From: a bacterium
GTDB lineage: Bacteria > Patescibacteriota > Patescibacteriia > Patescibacteriales > Patescibacteriaceae
Length of the DNA stretch: 36,870 nucleotides
Direction of reading: 5' to 3'
Assembly (NCBI GenBank): GCA_021819805.1
Contig: JAKAEX010000001.1
Span: 1-36,870 of the forward strand
Part shown: positions 33,023 to 36,870 of the stretch, one piece after another
How the letters are laid out: each line of letters opens with the position of its first letter
How positions within the stretch are numbered: position 1 is the stretch's first letter
Program-made: the position numbers and the translations under genes
Notes under the pieces: model-generated
What the model saw: only the letters and a program-made list of their open reading frames with translations
What the model was told of the DNA's origin: nothing
The model's database searches: none

Positions 33023-33403
33023 CTATTGAGCAACTGTTAGCTTAAAGCCGTAAACCTGGCCTTGGTTAAAAGCGCTTACATCAATCGTTGCCTCGGGAGC
33101 AAAAATAATTTTCTTTAGCTGTTTAACTTCCTCGCTTTGGCCGATTGGCAGCTTGATTAATTTTTCATTAATTTTACGATTCTCGCCCTTCTCACGGGGA
33201 GTGTAAATTATCAAAGACTTGCCTTTGGTCGGCAAATCCATAGCAATTGTGCCTCGGCTATAAAAAGCCATTAAGTTAAGACAAAAATGCTTAACCTCTT
33301 CGCTGGCAGACTCCCGGCAAACAATCGTAAAACCAACGACGTGTCCGTCTTGTTTGATTATTTTAAAATCCATTTCTTGTGCGTAATGAGCACGACAGGG
33401 CAT
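33023..33403 (-). CDS. Hypothetical protein (126 aa), orphan
   Basis: An AAAGAGG RBS lies 6 nt upstream of the ATG. The gene has its own extended -10 promoter and terminator. Confidence 0.55.
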   Translation of the reverse strand: MPCRAHYAQEMDFKIIKQDGHVVGFTIVCRESASEEVKHFCLNLMAFYSRGTIAMDLPTKGKSLIIYTPREKGENRKINEKLIKLPIGQSEEVKQLKKIIFAPEATIDVSAFNQGQVYGFKLTVAQ

Positions 33404-33458
33404 AAAAACCTCTTTGTTTGGTTGAAAAAAGAACTATTTATTTTTAAGCGCGAACTTG

Positions 33459-33467
33459 AATATAACA
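33459..33467 (-). promoter_or_regulatory. Extended -10 promoter element TGTTATATT
   Basis: The minus strand reads TGTTATATT, 55 nt upstream of the ATG at 33403. Confidence 0.4.
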
Positions 33468-33519
33468 TAAATAAGCCAAACAGGCAAGACCACGGCCAAA
33501 ACCCCCTATTTTGGCCTTA

Positions 33520-33548
33520 TTGACAAATAAATCCGACTCGGGTAAAAT
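33520..33548 (+). promoter_or_regulatory. Near-consensus sigma70-type promoter of the secE-nusG-rplKA cluster
   Basis: TTGACA (33520-33525), exactly 17 nt, then TAAAAT (33543-33548). Confidence 0.6.
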
Positions 33549-33651
33549 ATAGGCATAGATTATAGAGATAAATGGCCCGGGCGGGGCTGTTTTTTTAAAC
33601 CGGCTCTATCAGAGGGCTGTTAAAATAATCTTTTTAAAATTAGCCAAAAAT

Positions 33652-33846
33652 ATGGAAAAAATCTTTAATTACTTTAAAGCCTCGTTTGCTGAGATTAAAA
33701 AAGTCTCCTGGCCGACCAGAAAAGAGACCACCCAATACACTATTTTGGTGATTCTCTTGTCTTTGGCTGTGGCCTTGCTGTTGGGCGGTTTGGACTACGT
33801 CTTTAATTTCTTAGTTCAAAAATTACTCACTAGACAAATACTCTAA
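33652..33846 (+). CDS. secE: Preprotein translocase subunit SecE
   Basis: AEIKKVSWPTRKET followed by a single TM; 64 aa; sits immediately upstream of nusG. Confidence 0.9.
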   Translation: MEKIFNYFKASFAEIKKVSWPTRKETTQYTILVILLSLAVALLLGGLDYVFNFLVQKLLTRQIL

Positions 33847-33852
33847 AACCAT

Positions 33853-34398
33853 ATGGCCAAACAAACCCTTAATCAAGGTCGGCGCTGGTATGTCCTGCAT
33901 ACCTATTCCGGCTATGAAGAAAACGTGGCTCAAAACCTGAGGCAAAGAATTGAGTCTATGGACATGGAAGACAAAATCTTCCAGGTGCTGGTGCCTAAAG
34001 AAAAAAAGATTAAAATCCAAAACGGCAAACGCAAAGTAGTTGAGGAAAAAATCTTCCCCGGCTATGTCTTAGTGGAAATGATTGTCACCGACGATTACTG
34101 GTATGCCGTGCGCAACACACCGAACGTGACCGGCTTTATCGGTACCGGTACGGTGCCGACGCCGATTTCCGAAGAAGAAATCAAGGGCTTGCAGAAACGC
34201 ATGGGCGTGGAAGAACCGAAGTTTAAAATTGATGTGTCAGTTGATACGCCGGTGCGCATCGTTGATGGCCCCTTCAAAAATTTGGACGGCAAAGTCATTG
34301 ATGTTGATCAGGAACGCGGCAAGGTTAAAGTCCTAATCTCCATGTTCGGTCGCGAAACACCGGTGGAACTGGATTTCTTACAAATTAAAAAAATATAA
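33853..34398 (+). CDS. nusG: Transcription termination/antitermination factor NusG
   Basis: RWYVLHTYSGYEENV NGN start, FPGYVLVEM, and the KOW region GPFKNLDGKVIDVD. Confidence 0.95.
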   Translation: MAKQTLNQGRRWYVLHTYSGYEENVAQNLRQRIESMDMEDKIFQVLVPKEKKIKIQNGKRKVVEEKIFPGYVLVEMIVTDDYWYAVRNTPNVTGFIGTGTVPTPISEEEIKGLQKRMGVEEPKFKIDVSVDTPVRIVDGPFKNLDGKVIDVDQERGKVKVLISMFGRETPVELDFLQIKKI

Positions 34399-34452
34399 GA
34401 TAAAATTCTTTCTCCCCGTTTCGGGGCGCTTCTGTGAAAGGATTAAAAAAGT

Positions 34453-34878
34453 ATGGCAAAAAAGATTATTACTAAAATCAAATTACAGATTAAGGCCGGC
34501 CAGGCTAATCCTGCGCCGCCTGTCGGTCCGGCTTTAGGCCAGCATGGTTTGAATATCGCCGAATTCTGCAGCAAGTTCAATGAAGCGACCCGCGAGCATA
34601 TGGGCGAAGTGACACCGGTGGAAATTACCGTTTACGCCGATCGCACTTACACCTTTATTTTGAAAACTCCGCCGGCCGGTGAATTGATTAAAAAATACGC
34701 CAAAATCCCAAAGGGTTCCGGCAGTCCGCTTACTCAGAAAGTTGGCACTCTGACCAACGACCAGTTGGCTGAAATTGCCAAGATTAAAATGCCTGATTTA
34801 AACACCAAAGATTTGGAAGCGGCCAAGCGAATTATCGCCGGCTCAGCCAGACAAATGGGCGTGGAAATCAAAGACTAA
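34453..34878 (+). CDS. rplK: 50S ribosomal protein L11
   Basis: [31 protein letters not shown] is canonical L11. Confidence 0.97.
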   Translation: MAKKIITKIKLQIKAGQANPAPPVGPALGQHGLNIAEFCSKFNEATREHMGEVTPVEITVYADRTYTFILKTPPAGELIKKYAKIPKGSGSPLTQKVGTLTNDQLAEIAKIKMPDLNTKDLEAAKRIIAGSARQMGVEIKD

Positions 34879-34893
34879 TTTATTAATTAATGT

Positions 34894-34914
34894 GGGAGTC
34901 CGCCCAGGGCGGAC
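34894..34914 (+). promoter_or_regulatory. GGGAG plus a 7-bp GC-rich hairpin in the rplK-rplA spacer (candidate L1 autoregulatory site)
   Basis: GGGAG (34894-34898) overlaps the stem GTCCGCC (34898-34904), loop CAG, then GGCGGAC (34908-34914). It lies 22 nt upstream of the rplA ATG. Confidence 0.3.
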
Positions 34915-34936
34915 GTTCGCACCACTAAAAAACTAT

Positions 34937-35680
34937 ATGGCTAAAGAAAAAACCGCTAAAGCGGAAGTTGTCAAAGAAGTGAAGAAAAAAAAGACCGCTA
35001 AAACCAAGGCGGCCAAGTCAGTCAAAAAAACTTTTGACTACGACAAAACCAAAGCTTATCCCGTTAACGAAGCCTTGGATTTGGTTAAAAAATTCTCTCA
35101 TGTTAAATTTGATGCTTCCTTGGAAGTCCATCTGCGCTTGGGCATTGATCCGCGCAAGGGCGATCAACAAATCAGAGCGGCTGTGAGCTTGCCTCATGGT
35201 ACCGGCAAATCTATCCGCGTCGCCGCTTTTGTTTCACCCGATAACGAGGCTGCCTGCCGTCAGGCTGGCGCCGATTTGGTAGGTGGTGAAGATTTAATCA
35301 ACAAAATCAAAGAAACCGAAAAAACCGATTTTGATGTGGCAGTGGCTGATCCGGCGATTATGAAGAACTTGGCCAAAATCGCTAAAATCTTGGGCACCCG
35401 CGGCTTAATGCCCTCACCCAAGAACGAAACTGTGAGCGCCAATCCGGCCAAGGCTGTAGCCGATTTAAAGAAAGGCAAGGTAAGCTTTAAAAACGATGAC
35501 ACCTCTAATGTTCATGTGGCTATCGGCAAAATTTCTTTTGACAACGCCAAGTTAAAAGAAAACTTTGACACCATTATTGAAGCTATCAAAAAAGCCAAAC
35601 CGGCAACCTCTAAGGGCACCTACATCAAGAATATTGTTATCTGTTCAACCATGGGCCCCGGCATAAAAGTTCAACTCTAA
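34937..35680 (+). CDS. rplA: 50S ribosomal protein L1 with a Lys-rich N-terminal extension
   Basis: YPVNEALDLVKK...LGIDPRKGDQQIRAAVSLPHGTGKSIRV is canonical L1. The start is set at the ATG at 34937 (MAKEK), because the track's GTG at 34892 would translate through the hairpin. Confidence 0.93.
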   Translation: MAKEKTAKAEVVKEVKKKKTAKTKAAKSVKKTFDYDKTKAYPVNEALDLVKKFSHVKFDASLEVHLRLGIDPRKGDQQIRAAVSLPHGTGKSIRVAAFVSPDNEAACRQAGADLVGGEDLINKIKETEKTDFDVAVADPAIMKNLAKIAKILGTRGLMPSPKNETVSANPAKAVADLKKGKVSFKNDDTSNVHVAIGKISFDNAKLKENFDTIIEAIKKAKPATSKGTYIKNIVICSTMGPGIKVQL

Positions 35681-35694
35681 AATAAAATAGACAA

Positions 35695-35728
35695 AAGAAA
35701 AAAGAAGAGTTTTGGCTCTTCTTTTTTT
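35695..35728. terminator. Bidirectional Rho-independent terminator
   Basis: Stem AAAGAAGAG (35701-35709) pairs with CTCTTCTTT (35716-35724), flanked by an upstream A-rich run and continuing into the T-run 35722-35728. It lies between convergent rplA and the HD gene. Confidence 0.7.
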
Positions 35729-35739
35729 GTCGGCTTATT

Positions 35740-36543
35740 TTAAGTCGAAATAATAAATTGGGAAAAATGATTATTGGCTTTATCTGTCCAAATTCGCTTT
35801 AGGTGTGGCAATTCAGCAACTAATTCGTTGATAACCGGCACTTGAGCGGCAGCGACTTTGGCAATCAATTCTCTGATATCAAACTTAACATATTGATATT
35901 CAGCATAAAGCAAATAGTCAAAATTTTCCAAAAATTTAAACCACAATATTTCTTGTGGATAATTTTGCCACATTTCCAACATCAAGGCTTTGGCGTGATC
36001 GGGAAATTTTTCAATTTCACCGGTGCAAAATTGCAGCAGATAAATTTTTTCCAATGATTCCAGATCTTCCATATCAGCTTCCTTTTCAATCAACTGCTTG
36101 AAGCTAAGATATTCAATCACGTCTTGCTCGACGCTTTTTTGAGCATAGGGCACATCAATCTTTTTGATGCCTTCCGGAATATCATGGCATAAGCAAGCTT
36201 TTAACATAAGCTCCTTATCTAAAGGTATTGCCAAACTGCCATTCATTTTTTTTGGGAATTCATAGCCCAAAAAAGTTAAACCAAAGGTGTGCGTATAAGT
36301 GCTTTGCGGATAAATCGGCAAATGCTTATAGGCGCTCCAGCGGATTACTTGTTTGAGGCCGGTGGCAACTTCGGGCAGATAAAAAAGCTTTTCAACATTG
36401 GGCCATTTAGCGGTCTTTTTGCCGAATTCTTTTATGTTGTAATGGCGAGTTTGGAATTTGTACCAATCCAAAGACAGAATTTCATCAAAAAAATAGCGTC
36501 GACCGACGGCTAAGCTGATAGCTTGATCGCTGTCATCATTCAT
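35740..36543 (-). CDS. HD-domain phosphohydrolase, YfbR-like 5'-deoxynucleotidase-type (tentative)
   Basis: IRWSAYKHLPIYPQSTYTHTFGL (RW...H block) and CLCHDIPEGIKKIDVPYAQK (HD...E...P..K block) resemble the YfbR-type HD signature. The remainder is unrecognised. Confidence 0.5.
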   Translation of the reverse strand: MNDDSDQAISLAVGRRYFFDEILSLDWYKFQTRHYNIKEFGKKTAKWPNVEKLFYLPEVATGLKQVIRWSAYKHLPIYPQSTYTHTFGLTFLGYEFPKKMNGSLAIPLDKELMLKACLCHDIPEGIKKIDVPYAQKSVEQDVIEYLSFKQLIEKEADMEDLESLEKIYLLQFCTGEIEKFPDHAKALMLEMWQNYPQEILWFKFLENFDYLLYAEYQYVKFDIRELIAKVAAAQVPVINELVAELPHLKRIWTDKANNHFSQFIIST

Positions 36544-36642
36544 TTCTCCCCCAAATTTTTATTTAAAAGTACCAATTATTTTTTTAAACACAAAAATTAT
36601 TTAATCATATAATTAAACTTTTGTAAATAGCCAAGCAAGTCG

Positions 36643-36670
36643 TTGACTTTTGCCACTCGCCTGATAAGAT
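36643..36670 (+). promoter_or_regulatory. Candidate sigma70-type promoter
   Basis: TTGACT (36643-36648), 16-nt spacer, TAAGAT (36665-36670), 26 nt upstream of the ATG at 36697. Confidence 0.4.
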
Positions 36671-36696
36671 TAAACTATCCGATTAATAATAAAATT

Positions 36697-36870
36697 ATGG
36701 CAAAAATCTTTCTCATCGACGAACTCAAACCGGAGGACACCGCCATGCTCCAGGCTCTTTATTCGCGGAGCGCCGACAGCGTGCAAACGCACTTGGATAA
36801 AGTTAAAGCCAGTGGTTCTGGCAAATTTATGGAGCAATATTATGTCGGTTATGGCCATGCCAGTATTGCC
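36697..36870 (+). CDS. Open-ended CDS (first 58 codons); possibly a ThyX-like flavin-dependent thymidylate synthase N-terminus
   Basis: My translation is MAKIFLIDELKPEDTAMLQALYSRSADSVQTHLDKVKASGSGKFMEQYYVGYGHASIA. The frame is open to the window end. The GYGHASI block is reminiscent of the ThyX GHxS motif, but the family call is weak. Confidence 0.35.
   Translation, partial: MAKIFLIDELKPEDTAMLQALYSRSADSVQTHLDKVKASGSGKFMEQYYVGYGHASIA

Noticed and set aside
33404-33651. I looked for a tRNA (tRNA-Trp often precedes secE-nusG) or another small RNA gene in the largest intergenic region.
   Set aside because: There is no GTTCGAATC-like T-arm and I could draw no acceptor or anticodon stems. The region is better explained by two promoters, a GGCCAAAA/TTTTGGCC hairpin (about 33491-33513) and a leader.
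36670-36858. 62-aa minus-strand ORF at the right edge.
   Set aside because: It lies antisense to an open-ended plus-strand frame that starts at the ATG at 36697 behind a good promoter and encodes a protein-like sequence. The minus ORF has no RBS or promoter.
1-36870. I checked the whole window for CRISPR arrays, IS elements, integrases, prophage genes, reverse transcriptase/DGR template-variable repeat pairs, and stop-codon reassignment.
   Set aside because: There is no regularly spaced direct-repeat array and no transposase, integrase or reverse transcriptase motif in any frame of the ORF track. All housekeeping genes read through at normal lengths under the standard code, mostly with TAA stops, so nothing indicates UGA or UAG recoding.

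Overview
This is a gene-dense chromosomal window with about 40 protein genes, mostly on the minus strand, with very short or overlapping intergenic gaps. I found no rRNA, tRNA, CRISPR array, integrase or transposase.

Gene content, left to right:
- plsC-like acyltransferase (partial), a CYTH protein, and a large secreted multi-module protein.
- A GT4 glycosyltransferase, then mreB translationally coupled to a DUF4012 membrane protein.
- A MacAB-type efflux locus: two paralogous FtsX/MacB permeases, a small opposite-strand orphan gene, then the ATPase and a long-hairpin HlyD adaptor.
- A rearranged dcw block: membrane protein, mraY, ftsW, murG, murC, murB.
- A divergently transcribed short, partly degenerate PilB/GspE-like ATPase.
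- A minimal ISC operon: Rrf2/IscR, iscU, nfu, cysteine desulfurase.
- dnaB, a Zn-ribbon mini-protein, ybaB, recR.
- rplU preceded by a WecA/TagO-like transferase.
- A two-gene membrane module ending in an unusual Hsp100/Clp AAA+ protein.
- secE-nusG-rplK-rplA, an HD-domain nucleotidase-like gene, and the start of a possible ThyX-like gene.

Six small orphan genes, each with its own RBS and hairpin terminator, sit between the housekeeping blocks.

The gene content and compactness suggest a small-genome, CPR/Patescibacteria-like bacterium: DUF4012, a dcw block without murD, and broken ribosomal-protein synteny. This is inference only.

Most noteworthy observations:
1. A Zn-finger plus TM-anchored Clp-type ATPase with an inactivated D1 module, paired with a small membrane protein.
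2. A secreted protein with four cohesin-like repeats, a dockerin and a T9SS-type C-terminal domain.
3. An orphan PilB-like ATPase that has lost its Asp box and half of its His box.
4. A heterodimeric-looking MacB system with an over-long adaptor hairpin.
5. The DUF4012-mreB coupling.
6. Recurrent extended -10 promoters (TGnTATAAT) placed 6-10 nt from start codons, which implies leaderless mRNAs.

Every functional call comes from reading motifs in the translations. No database search was possible.
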